A DNA stretch of 47,871 bases. Origin: an uncultured Methanosarcinales archaeon (GTDB lineage: Archaea; Nanobdellota; Nanobdellia; Woesearchaeales; GW2011-AR4). The stretch's first letter is position 1. Each line of letters opens with the position of its first letter. Location: the NCBI GenBank assembly GCA_964607225.1, contig CAZSIU010000003.1, positions 1-47,871 of the forward strand, given 5' to 3'. The notes under the pieces are model-generated. The model was not told where the DNA came from. It searched no databases and saw only the letters and a program-made list of their open reading frames with translations. Positions 1 to 8,926 of this stretch are shown one piece after another. The position numbers were made by a program, and so were the translations under genes.

Positions 1-746
1 GCTTCTTTAAGCATTAAGCCTTTCATCACAACTCCAGCAAAAATTAAAGTAAATCCAATATCACCTCCACCTAAAACAGCTACTCTAGCTTTCTTTTGTT
101 CAATTCCTTTTTCTGCTGAAACTTTACCTTTAATTAACACTTTACCTTTTCCATAAGGAATAAGCAAACCTGCAAAAATCTTTGACTTTGATTGAAACTT
201 AGCCAATTTTATCATATGCTTTGTCTTGTAAACTGCAACAAAATCATAAATTGATATTATGATTAAAAGCATAAATGCAGCAAACAAATTAATCATAGGT
301 ACAAATATTGCTGCCAAGCCACCATAAATAAAGATTTCAGAAAGATTTTGAATTATTATGTCTGGCTTGTATAATTTTAGGATTGTTATTATCAATGCAA
401 GTATTGCCGCCAAAAAATTGTTTATGATGGCTGCAAAGGCAATTGCCAAGGTAAGCCATACTGTAGCAAAAAACCATAGCTTCCATATTAATGGTTTATT
501 GAATTTCATTAAAAGCAAAACCAAAATTGTTCCAATAAAGATTGCAATTGTTATGTAAACGAAAGAAATGCTTTGATTTTTAATTTCTGGTCTTTCTATC
601 TTGTATGGTAATGGCAGCCATTCAACTTTTTTTGTTTCTATTGTTTTTTTATGATCTATGTAATGATTTATTATTAATAAGCCAGCAAACTGCGCCATGA
701 AGAAAAACAAAACTAAAGCAATTGTAACTTTAAGTGTGTGTTTCAT
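1..746 (-). CDS. Presenilin/signal-peptide-peptidase-like intramembrane aspartyl protease (GxGD type), runs off the window edge
   Basis: Manual translation from ATG at 746: MKHTLKVTIALVLFFFM...ISIYDFVAVYKTKHM...VLGGGDIGF. Has YD and GxGD catalytic motifs and many TM segments. Not in the ORF track because it is open-ended. Confidence 0.85.
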   Translation of the reverse strand, partial: MKHTLKVTIALVLFFFMAQFAGLLIINHYIDHKKTIETKKVEWLPLPYKIERPEIKNQSISFVYITIAIFIGTILVLLLMKFNKPLIWKLWFFATVWLTLAIAFAAIINNFLAAILALIITILKLYKPDIIIQNLSEIFIYGGLAAIFVPMINLFAAFMLLIIISIYDFVAVYKTKHMIKLAKFQSKSKIFAGLLIPYGKGKVLIKGKVSAEKGIEQKKARVAVLGGGDIGFTLIFAGVVMKGLMLKE

Positions 747-797
747 TTTTAAACTGAATTAGATTTTATTTTAAATATCTTTGTATTTCACTATATT

Positions 798-987
798 CTT
801 ATAAAATAGGATATTTAACTGTTAAAATAGGAAATCTAACTTATAAAATAGGAATTATACTTATTTAATTAGAAATATATCTTAAAAATTAAGAACTTTA
901 TGTTTATTTACCTATATAATAAGATAAATTTAATATATAATAAGAAGTATACCTATAAAATAAGATTTTATTACTTATATAATAAGA
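798..987. repeat. Array of nine ~14-bp motifs (consensus CTTATAWAATARGA), mostly 20-22 bp apart
   Basis: Copies start at 798, 819, 840, 860, 881, 911, 932, 952 and 974 in a very AT-rich divergent intergenic region. Confidence 0.8.
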
Positions 988-1086
988 TTATTTTGTTGGT
1001 AGACAAATATCATCAACAATATTTAGCTTCTTATACGTAAAAAATAGAAAGGTTTATATATAACTTACTTACATAGTAAGACAAAT

Positions 1087-1173
1087 ATGATAAATGTTTT
1101 TAATTTAATAAAAACCAATTCTTCTGCGTTCTATAGCTACGTTTGGGGACTCTTCATTTTGCTCTTTGCTTAA
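1087..1173 (+). CDS. Possible 28-aa hydrophobic small protein or leader peptide
   Basis: MINVFNLIKTNSSAFYSYVWGLFILLFA*; TTTATATA box at ~1053-1060. Confidence 0.3.
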   Translation: MINVFNLIKTNSSAFYSYVWGLFILLFA

Positions 1174-1237
1174 ACCATCCCTAAAATGTCCTCCAACAAA
1201 ATTTCATTTTCAATTTTAACTAGATAAAGGGATATAT

Positions 1238-1777
1238 TTGAACTTTAAAAAAGGTGAGGAAGAAGGAGATATTGATAGGATTATTTCTAAGTTTAAAGAT
1301 TTGTCAAAAGAGGATAAAATTTCTTTGATTTCTTATTTAATTAACGAGTTAAAAAGATTGCATGACGTAACTGAGCAGGAAATTCTTGGCAGAAAGGAAG
1401 TTAGCATTCCAGTTGGTGTTTTTAGCAATGATGTTTTGAGTTCACTTGAAGCAATTGTCAAATATATGAAAGAAGAGCTAAAGCTCAAATTTTCCAAAAT
1501 TGGAAAGCTGCTTAACAGAAGCAACAAAACAATTTGGGCAACTTACCATAATGCTGTCAAGAAAATGCCTTCTTCTTTTGGGACTGTTTCAAGAGAGGTT
1601 ATAATTCCTGTTTCTGCAATTTCAAATCGCTCATTTTCAACATTGGAAAGTGTTGTGGGTTTCATCAAAGACCTTGACTATTCTAATCACGAAGTTGCTG
1701 TTCTGCTGCATCGTGACGACAGAACTATCTGGACAATTTATGACAGGGTAAAAAAGAAAAGAGGCATTTTGAAATGA
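1238..1777 (+). CDS. Tandem helix-turn-helix DNA-binding protein (sigma-region-4-like duplicated domain)
   Basis: Two internal repeats: LSSLEAIVKYMKE..KFSKIGKLLNRSNKTIWATY and FSTLESVVGFIKD..SNHEVAVLLHRDDRTIWTIY. Confidence 0.7.
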   Translation: MNFKKGEEEGDIDRIISKFKDLSKEDKISLISYLINELKRLHDVTEQEILGRKEVSIPVGVFSNDVLSSLEAIVKYMKEELKLKFSKIGKLLNRSNKTIWATYHNAVKKMPSSFGTVSREVIIPVSAISNRSFSTLESVVGFIKDLDYSNHEVAVLLHRDDRTIWTIYDRVKKKRGILK

Positions 1778-2283
1778 AAAAGAAAATTAGTGGAATGCGA
1801 GTGAGCTCGTTGCGAACTCGCTCACAACTGTCTGATTTAGATGTTGTAACAGTAGCTTTTTGGGATAAAGGGAAAAATGGGAATTTGGGCAGAGGATTAG
1901 TCTTGAGGATTAAACAAAAAGAACTTGATATGATTACACCCTTCTACCTTTTGGAGCATTTAACTAAATGGAGGCACATCACCCTTAAAGAGCAAATTGA
2001 AGATTTCTACATAAAAAACAGTAGTAAGTTGCTCACAAATGAAGATGTAGATACAAAAATCGATGAATTAGGAATTGATGATATAAGGGTGTTGTTAGAA
2101 TTACAATCTAAAGGCATCAAAGAGGATGATGCTTTCATTGTTCTAGTAACTTCTATTTTTGATGCTGATTATTTGGTTACATTTAACAGAAAACATCTGA
2201 GAAACAAGGAGAAAGAAATAAACGAGGTGTTAAAGAAAAATGAACTTAGAACAATTAGGATTGTTGGACCTGAAGAGGCTTAA
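1774..2283 (+). CDS. PIN-domain ribonuclease (VapC-like); N-terminus contains an in-frame palindromic repeat
   Basis: SDLDVV near the N-terminus and DDAFIV...DYLVTFNRKHL C-terminal PIN motif; overlaps the stop of the HTH gene. Confidence 0.7.
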   Translation: MKKKISGMRVSSLRTRSQLSDLDVVTVAFWDKGKNGNLGRGLVLRIKQKELDMITPFYLLEHLTKWRHITLKEQIEDFYIKNSSKLLTNEDVDTKIDELGIDDIRVLLELQSKGIKEDDAFIVLVTSIFDADYLVTFNRKHLRNKEKEINEVLKKNELRTIRIVGPEEA

Positions 2284-2395
2284 TTTCGCGCTTTATGGTT
2301 TTGCGCCTTTCAATCCAGCTAGTAGTAATGCCTTTTTTGATTTCATCAGCCAAATCTATCAATTCCTCTGTTGTCATATTTTTTTGGTGCTTCAT
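2255..2395 (-). CDS. 46-aa small protein convergent with the PIN gene, possible antitoxin
   Basis: MKHQKNMTTEELIDLADEIKKG...; minus-strand TTTTATATA at 2418-2426 lies 23 nt before the ATG, the same spacing as other promoters here. Confidence 0.45.
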   Translation of the reverse strand: MKHQKNMTTEELIDLADEIKKGITTSWIERRKTIKREIKPLQVQQS

Positions 2396-2566
2396 ATACC
2401 AACTAAAGCTCAGCCAGTATATAAAACTTGCGCGCCTATCAGAGCTCAAAGAAGTATTCAGAAAAACCCGCTAATGACAAGCGCTCAAGGCACTGTATAA
2501 TTAGCAGATATGGGAGTATTAGGTTTGACCAATATTTAAATTTTTCGCTTGTAAAAGAGGTATAAA

Positions 2567-5500
2567 GTGATACAACAAAAGCCACATAGAATTGAAGTTT
2601 TGTTGTTTTTGATAGCTTTGGTTATTGTAGGAGCTGGGCTTTATTTCTTAGGACCATCAATAACTGGATTTGTAATTAAAGAATTTAGTTATGAAGATGA
2701 GCCAAATTTAGTTATTACAACAAGCGGCAACTATACATGGCAACTAAAAGATATCGGTGATTTAAGATATGTGAAATTTGATGGAAGCATAACAACTTAT
2801 GGCAAAGCAAGAGTTTATATTGAAGATAATGGCATTAGGTATTTGATATTTGACAGCACAAGAATTGGGGAAGAGAAGGAAGTAAAACAAAGCAATGAAA
2901 CTAGTTTAATAACAGGATTTGCAGTAAAAGAGGATAAAAAAGATGAAGGTAAAAGTGATGAAAACAAAACAGAAAGTGATGAAGAAAAGAAAAAGAAAAA
3001 CCACAAGCCAGATTGGATTGGTCCAGATGAATTTGTTATAAATGGAACTACTGCAGTCAACTTATCAAAATACTTTACAGATGAAGATAATGATGCTTTG
3101 ATTTATTCTGCTTCTGAAGTTGAAGGATTAGAAGTAACAATTAATGGTGAAATTGTAACAATAAAGCCAGCAAAAAGTGAAGATTTCAATACCACAATCA
3201 CATTTACAGCATCTGATGGTGTTGACAGCAAAAATGAAGTAGTTGATTTGATAGTTATTGTTAAGAAAAAGGAAAATAGATCTCCAATTTGGATTTCTAA
3301 TGTTGATACTTTTGTCATTGATGGTACTACTATAATAGATTTATCTCAATACTTTATTGATGAGGACAATGATAGCTTAGCTTATAGTTCTGGTTTGGTA
3401 GATAATATTACAATAACCATAAATAACAATTTAGTAACCTTAGTTCCTGCAGAAGGCTTTGCTGGAAGCGCTTCAACTGTATTCACAGCTTTTGATGGAA
3501 AGAATTTAACAATTAAGAGTGTTACTTTAATAGCTCCAGAAAAAATTATTACAGAGCCAATAAATATAACACCAATCAATCATGCTCCGAAATGGCAAGG
3601 TGTTGATTTATTTATTTTAAATAAAACATTAACAATTGATTTATCACTATATTTTGTAGATGAAGACAATGACACATTAAGCTTTAGTGTTTCTGATGCT
3701 GTTGATGTAAGCGAGAGCATTTCTGTAAATATTTTAACATTAACAACAACATTAGATAATTTCAACACAACAATTACAATAACTGCTTCAGATGGCAATT
3801 TAAGTGCAAGCAAAGAAATTAAATTAATTGTTCCATTAACACCAGCAATAATAACAAAAACAATAACTATTGACTTAGCATATAAGTCTGGCTCTATCTT
3901 TGATGCAAATGACAATGGAGAGGAAAGCATTAATGGGGTTGTTGATTTAACTGTTGAAAACACTAAGTTTAACTGGGATGCTGACAAATCAAGGCTTTGC
4001 ACAAGATGGGAAGTTTACAATGTTGAGGAAGAAAGCTTGACTACTTTCTGCAATGGAAATGCAGATTGCTGTGCATTTATTAATTTATTGCCAACTAAGC
4101 AAAATTGGGATGAGATTTATTATTCAACATTTGGCAAGGATGGAGCTGGCCACAACAATATTGTATCTGCTCAAGTGCTTTATTATGATGTTAATTTAAG
4201 CATTGATAATGTAAAATCTGATGTTTATTATTCTGAATGGGCTAACAAAAGCGTTAAGTTCTATGAGGAAGAGATTGAATTTTTTGATTTCTGCTTAGAG
4301 ACTTGCGCTTTAAGCGGTTTGAATAAAAGCTCTTATTCTTTGATATTTGAAATTGATGATGATGCTGTTTTAAGGATTGACAAGATAAAGTATGCACTAT
4401 TAGTTGATGTCAAAAATAGTGCACCTATATTGTTGCAAAATTTCACAACAATAAATATCAACAAAAATAAAAATACAACAATAAATCTTTCACAATACTT
4501 TTCTGATCCTGATGGAGATATTTTAACTTATAATTATTACAAAACTGACAACATAACAATATTATTTGAGAATGATATTGCAACTATATTGCCAGATAAA
4601 GGAATTGATGGTTTGAGGTTTACTTATTTCTTGGCAAATGATAGCCAGAACTTTATTGTTTCGAATGTTTTTGCCATTAACATCAGCCAAGAAATATTTA
4701 AGCCAAAGGTTTTTGTTGGAAAGCCAGTAAAATGGACAAGCAAAATATTGATTGATGTAAGCAACGTAAGCTCTGTCAACTTGACATTGCCAGAAACAGC
4801 AAGCAATATTACAATTAACATTCTAAACCAAACAATACAAAAAGAATTGCCTGATGAAAAAATAAAAATAATTGAAGATGGCAAAATTAAAGACAAAGAA
4901 TTATTTGAGGTTGAGAAGAAGCTTGAGAAGATTAACAAGAAAATAAGCATTTTGGAAGAGGCAAAATCAAAACAAGCATTGAAAGTTGCAGTTGATGAAG
5001 CAGAATTTAGCTTAAATGAAATTGATGCAAAATTAAATGAATTATACAATAAAAAATCAGAAATAGAATTACAGTTAAATCAGCTATTAAATGCAAATTT
5101 GATAACAGCAAATGTTGTTGCAATAACTGAAACAACAATAAATCAAACACTGCCAGTATTGTTCATTAATGAAAGCTTGACAAGAAATATTGAAATTGAG
5201 ATTTCTTATGAGACAGAAGCGCCTATTGCAATAGAGAATGAGGTTAATGCTTATACAAAACAAATAAAGGTAATTTCTGAAACAAGCTATGAGGATGTGC
5301 TTTCTTATACAACATTGAATGATGTTCCGCAACAAGCTGTTAAATTATATTGGTTAAAAGATGACGCTAAGGAATTAATTACAGATGTTCAGTACATTGA
5401 CACTAATTCCAATAATTTAATTGACAGGATAGAATGGCTCATTCCACATCTTTCTAATCAAACTTATGAGGTTAGCATTACTGTGCTTAATGTCCAAAGC

Positions 5501-5773
5501 TTCCCAACAGTTAATGGAAACTGGACTGTTGCATTTAACACAACTGGAACTGGAAATTTGACAATTTTTGCTTACAATGGGACAAGCTATGCTGAAGTTC
5601 CAGACGATAGTTCTACAATTAACGATTTAGAGTATTTGGAAACAAGATGCAATGAGCTTGTTTTGAACACCACAATTGTTTGTGCTAATGGTGAGCAGAT
5701 GCCTTATGAGGTTTACAAAATCAAGAAACGAATTGCTGAGATCAAGAAAAGATTGAATGAGCTGAATCAGTGA
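2567..5773 (+). CDS. Large membrane-anchored or secreted protein with cadherin/Ig-like repeats
   Basis: N-terminal TM followed by ITGFV; four NxxP..(I/V)(D/N)LSxYFxDxDxD repeats; coiled coils; basic coiled-coil C-terminus. Confidence 0.8.
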   Translation: MIQQKPHRIEVLLFLIALVIVGAGLYFLGPSITGFVIKEFSYEDEPNLVITTSGNYTWQLKDIGDLRYVKFDGSITTYGKARVYIEDNGIRYLIFDSTRIGEEKEVKQSNETSLITGFAVKEDKKDEGKSDENKTESDEEKKKKNHKPDWIGPDEFVINGTTAVNLSKYFTDEDNDALIYSASEVEGLEVTINGEIVTIKPAKSEDFNTTITFTASDGVDSKNEVVDLIVIVKKKENRSPIWISNVDTFVIDGTTIIDLSQYFIDEDNDSLAYSSGLVDNITITINNNLVTLVPAEGFAGSASTVFTAFDGKNLTIKSVTLIAPEKIITEPINITPINHAPKWQGVDLFILNKTLTIDLSLYFVDEDNDTLSFSVSDAVDVSESISVNILTLTTTLDNFNTTITITASDGNLSASKEIKLIVPLTPAIITKTITIDLAYKSGSIFDANDNGEESINGVVDLTVENTKFNWDADKSRLCTRWEVYNVEEESLTTFCNGNADCCAFINLLPTKQNWDEIYYSTFGKDGAGHNNIVSAQVLYYDVNLSIDNVKSDVYYSEWANKSVKFYEEEIEFFDFCLETCALSGLNKSSYSLIFEIDDDAVLRIDKIKYALLVDVKNSAPILLQNFTTININKNKNTTINLSQYFSDPDGDILTYNYYKTDNITILFENDIATILPDKGIDGLRFTYFLANDSQNFIVSNVFAINISQEIFKPKVFVGKPVKWTSKILIDVSNVSSVNLTLPETASNITINILNQTIQKELPDEKIKIIEDGKIKDKELFEVEKKLEKINKKISILEEAKSKQALKVAVDEAEFSLNEIDAKLNELYNKKSEIELQLNQLLNANLITANVVAITETTINQTLPVLFINESLTRNIEIEISYETEAPIAIENEVNAYTKQIKVISETSYEDVLSYTTLNDVPQQAVKLYWLKDDAKELITDVQYIDTNSNNLIDRIEWLIPHLSNQTYEVSITVLNVQSFPTVNGNWTVAFNTTGTGNLTIFAYNGTSYAEVPDDSSTINDLEYLETRCNELVLNTTIVCANGEQMPYEVYKIKKRIAEIKKRLNELNQ

Positions 5774-5842
5774 CATGCGAGTGAGCGGAGGAATGCGAAA
5801 GCTCGCTTTCGCTCGCTTAACTACCTGAACTCGCTCACATGT
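5773..5842. repeat. REP/MITE-like nested palindrome (ATGCGAGTGAGC...CTCGCTCACA family)
   Basis: Related to 1795-1830 and 17540-17579; the 27-bp internal part 5793-5819 is the exact reverse complement of 36229-36255. Confidence 0.7.
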
Positions 5843-5914
5843 ACCTGGGTGAGAAAATGAAAAAACAAGAAAAAGTATTTATACAACTTAAGTTGTATAT
5901 ATATACAACTAGAG

Positions 5915-6427
5915 GTGATAAATTTGATATCAAAAAACAGTAAGAGACTGAATAAGGAATTTAACTGGTGCTCAAGTAAAAATACCTTTGTTAAAGTTGG
6001 CAAAGAGAGTTATATAGACTACATGGACGAAGCTTTATCAGATTTAAACTCTGCTGCTAAAGAAGAAAATGAAAAATGGGCTATAACAAAAGCTTACCAA
6101 GCGTTGTTCTTGGCTTGTAATGCTCTGCTTGTGAGAAAGCTTGGATTTTATTCTAAAGACCATGGCTGCGTAATAGTAGCATTGCTAAAGCATAGTATTG
6201 TCACAGAAGAGAAATTGGCAAGGATAAATGCTATGCTTGAGCAAAAGAAAAAACTATTTTCAGAGCTAAGACCAAGAATGAACTTCTTTGATGAAATATC
6301 AAATATCAGAATTACAAGAAACAAGTACCTCTATCTGCCACGAACTCAGCGCAAATTAAAGGTTTCTGCAAAAGGCGTTATTGAAGAAGTCAAAGAAATA
6401 ATCAGGATTTTAGGTGAGGAAGAATGA
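5915..6427 (+). CDS. HEPN-domain protein
   Basis: W-A-I-T-K-A-Y-Q-A helix, KDHG and RNKYLY (Rx4Y) motif; overlaps the downstream nucleotidyltransferase. Confidence 0.8.
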   Translation: MINLISKNSKRLNKEFNWCSSKNTFVKVGKESYIDYMDEALSDLNSAAKEENEKWAITKAYQALFLACNALLVRKLGFYSKDHGCVIVALLKHSIVTEEKLARINAMLEQKKKLFSELRPRMNFFDEISNIRITRNKYLYLPRTQRKLKVSAKGVIEEVKEIIRILGEEE

Positions 6428-7032
6428 TTAACGGATTATCGCCATTAACAAAAAATAAGCTTGAAATTTTAAAGTATATTTATGAGAAAAAGGAAACTCA
6501 TCTTTTAGATATTGCCAAAAATTTGAAAATTCATCCATTTTCTTTACAGAAAACTTTAAAGTCGTTAAAGAGTATTCTTGAAGAGAAAAAAACAGGCAGA
6601 ACAATTGTTTTGAAGATAGATAAAAACATAAAAGATTATTTTGAGCTAATTTACATAATAGAAGATTATAAGTTAAAAAATGGCAGCAGAATATTAAAAT
6701 TATTGGTTAAGAGCCTTAAGGAATTCTTTTCTAAAGACAAAAATGTACTGGCTTGTGTTTTGTTTGGAAGCTTTGCAAGAGGCTCTTTTACTGAAGAAAG
6801 CGACATTGATTTGCTATTTGTTGTCAAATCTAAAGTTAAACAGATAGAAGAGAGATGTTCTCAGCTTTCAACTTTGCTTGGCAGAGAAATAAATCCACTT
6901 GTTATGAATGAAAGAGAGTTTAGAATTGCTTTGCAAAGTAAAGAGCCAACTATTGCATCTTTACTAGAGCCTTCTCAAAGATTGCTGATTATTGGAAAAG
7001 AATACTTTTTGAGGAATACATATGGAATATGA
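6424..7032 (+). CDS. wHTH-fused minimal nucleotidyltransferase (MNT; HEPN-MNT pair)
   Basis: LFGSFARG...SDIDLLFV pol-beta NTase motif; N-terminal winged helix. Confidence 0.85.
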   Translation: MINGLSPLTKNKLEILKYIYEKKETHLLDIAKNLKIHPFSLQKTLKSLKSILEEKKTGRTIVLKIDKNIKDYFELIYIIEDYKLKNGSRILKLLVKSLKEFFSKDKNVLACVLFGSFARGSFTEESDIDLLFVVKSKVKQIEERCSQLSTLLGREINPLVMNEREFRIALQSKEPTIASLLEPSQRLLIIGKEYFLRNTYGI

Positions 7033-8161
7033 AAAAATCTGCAAGGGATGCGGAAGCGGTAATGTAATTAAAAAGGGTAAAAGGAAAAATAAGTATGGAG
7101 TAGTGCAGAAATATTTTTGCAATAATTGCAGCAAGTATTTTATATTAAAAAAATTAGAGAAAAAGGTATATTCTGCCAAAGTAATAATACAGGCTATTAG
7201 TTATTATAATTTGGGATATAGCTTGGATGAAAGTTCTAAATTAATTAATAAAAAGTTCAAGGTTAAAGTTTCATCAAGGGCTATTAGCAATTGGCTTAAT
7301 GAATTTGAGGAGGTATGCGGTTATTACAGGATAAGGGATAAAGCAAAGGGATTATTTAAGCCAAAAGATATTATTTTCAAGAAAATATTCAGGCATTTGC
7401 AATTATATAAATTTAGGTATCACAAAGCAAAGATTGAATTTTTTGTTAATAAATATTTCAATGGATTAAAAGATTATTCGGCTGATGTTTCTAGAAATTG
7501 TCCTAATGAGTTGTTTAAAGATAGCCTTAGAAGTTCCAATATCAAGTTAGATATTGATATTAACAAAATAAAGGTTTTCAAGAAAGAGAATTATGCTTGC
7601 AAGCTTGCTTCTCTTGCTTTGGAATCTGCCAGCAAGAATTCTGAAAGGCATGATAAATTGCAGGAGTTTATGCTTGCAAATGACACATGCACAATTGCTA
7701 CAGAAGTTCCTGTTTACTTGTTTTTGAATGAAATAAAACAATATGGAGTTTTTGATTTGTTTGAAAATTCAATTAAAAATAACACATTAAACAAAAAACC
7801 CAATAATGAAAAAATATTCAAAAATAATACTGCAATTACTGGGCATATAGATTTTGTACAGCTTAAGTTTGGCTCTGTTTATGTTTTGGATTACAAGCCA
7901 GATGCTGACAGAGTTTCTGCTGTTTCACAGCTTTTTGTTTATGCTTTGGCTTTATCTGTCAGGACTGGCATTTGGCTGCGCAACTTTAGGTGTGCTTGGT
8001 TTGATGAGAATGGCTACTATGAGTTTGTGCCATCTGATATTGTTCTGAGATTTTGTAATGTTCCTCAGCATAGAGTTAGGGAGTTTTTTGTCAGGAATAA
8101 GGAAAGGAGGTATTTCACAAGCATAGAGTTTCACGAAAAAAATGAGCAAGGTGTTGAATGA
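7022..8161 (+). CDS. Zn-ribbon/HTH + PD-(D/E)XK nuclease
   Basis: CKGC..CNNC IS1-InsA-like Zn ribbon, HTH, then TEVPV...GHIDFVQ...VLDYKP nuclease motifs. Confidence 0.75.
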   Translation: MEYEKICKGCGSGNVIKKGKRKNKYGVVQKYFCNNCSKYFILKKLEKKVYSAKVIIQAISYYNLGYSLDESSKLINKKFKVKVSSRAISNWLNEFEEVCGYYRIRDKAKGLFKPKDIIFKKIFRHLQLYKFRYHKAKIEFFVNKYFNGLKDYSADVSRNCPNELFKDSLRSSNIKLDIDINKIKVFKKENYACKLASLALESASKNSERHDKLQEFMLANDTCTIATEVPVYLFLNEIKQYGVFDLFENSIKNNTLNKKPNNEKIFKNNTAITGHIDFVQLKFGSVYVLDYKPDADRVSAVSQLFVYALALSVRTGIWLRNFRCAWFDENGYYEFVPSDIVLRFCNVPQHRVREFFVRNKERRYFTSIEFHEKNEQGVE

Positions 8162-8164
8162 GGA

Positions 8165-8623
8165 TTGAGGTTGATAAAAATGCATATAGAAGTTGATCAG
8201 AGCTGGAAAATTGAACAATTAAACATGAACAGTGTAATTGCTTTTAGCAATAAAAATCAATATTCTATTTTAATTTCAAATGAGGTAAAACAAGAAGCTT
8301 ACAAATCGTATAAGGGGAAAATCAAAGAGCTGAGATATAGGTTATTCTGCATTGGAGTGTATTACTACCTAAAAGACTACATCAAAGAAAAAGAGCTGAT
8401 TACTATATGTTGTGAGTATGTAGGCAAAGAGAATCTCATTAAGTCATTTCTGCTTGACTATTTAAGAAAAGATTACCCAGCAATTGATCCAAAAATTATT
8501 CGCTTTGGCAAGATAGGCAAAAAATCGAATGCCCACGCTGTAGCGATTGATGTCTATAGAGGCAACAGAAGGCCGAATAAAATTCTATCATTAAGCGAGG
8601 TTAAAAAATGCTTAAAGAAATGA
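8165..8623 (+). CDS. Hypothetical protein, possibly DUF3800-like (RNase-H-type fold)
   Basis: N-terminal IEVDQSxK strand, ICCEY, late AHAVA helix; likely start at MHIEV (8180). The family call is tentative. Confidence 0.5.
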   Translation: MRLIKMHIEVDQSWKIEQLNMNSVIAFSNKNQYSILISNEVKQEAYKSYKGKIKELRYRLFCIGVYYYLKDYIKEKELITICCEYVGKENLIKSFLLDYLRKDYPAIDPKIIRFGKIGKKSNAHAVAIDVYRGNRRPNKILSLSEVKKCLKK

Positions 8624-8624
8624 T

Positions 8625-8712
8625 TCGGGGGGCAGGCAACACCTGCATTTTCTTCCATAACGCATACCTTTCACAGTATGTGTTGGAGGGAAAACACCCT
8701 TCATCAAGGTGT
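8625..8712. ncRNA. Candidate structured RNA directly after the 8165-8623 gene
   Basis: Hairpins GCAGG/CCTGC (8632-8646), TTTTCTTCCA.AACGCATAC/GTATGTGTTGGAGGGAAAA (8648-8694) and ACACC/GGTGT; convergent BRE/TATA at 8728-8742. Confidence 0.45.
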
Positions 8713-8926
8713 ATTAGTGATGCTTACTATAAAAAGTTTTCGTTTATGAAAACTCAAAAAGTTGCATGCGAGAACGCTCGCGTTCAACTAGGTGACGAAG
8801 ATTGCAATCAAAGTGACAAAAATTTCAAGCTTGAAGGTGATTAAAATTTCAATAGATTTAGGTGACGAAGATTTCAGATTGAGGGAAGGGTAATGAAGAA
8901 TTAGTTTTTGCAAAAGAGGCTGAAAA

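Noticed and set aside
358-558. 66-aa plus ORF
   Set aside because: Antisense to the presenilin-like gene.
798-987. CRISPR array
   Set aside because: Repeats are ~14 bp and degenerate, spacers ~7 bp, and there are no cas genes.
2815-5335. Minus-strand ORFs within the 1068-aa gene
   Set aside because: Shadow ORFs with no family motifs or promoters, unlike the intein cargo.
7022-8161. IS1 transposase
   Set aside because: Only the Zn-ribbon/HTH resembles it; the catalytic part is PD-(D/E)XK and no terminal repeats are seen.
8608-8844. 78-aa ORF and duplicated TAGGTGACGAAGATT
   Set aside because: The ORF runs through hairpins and repeats with no protein features; the 15-bp duplication alone is uninterpretable.
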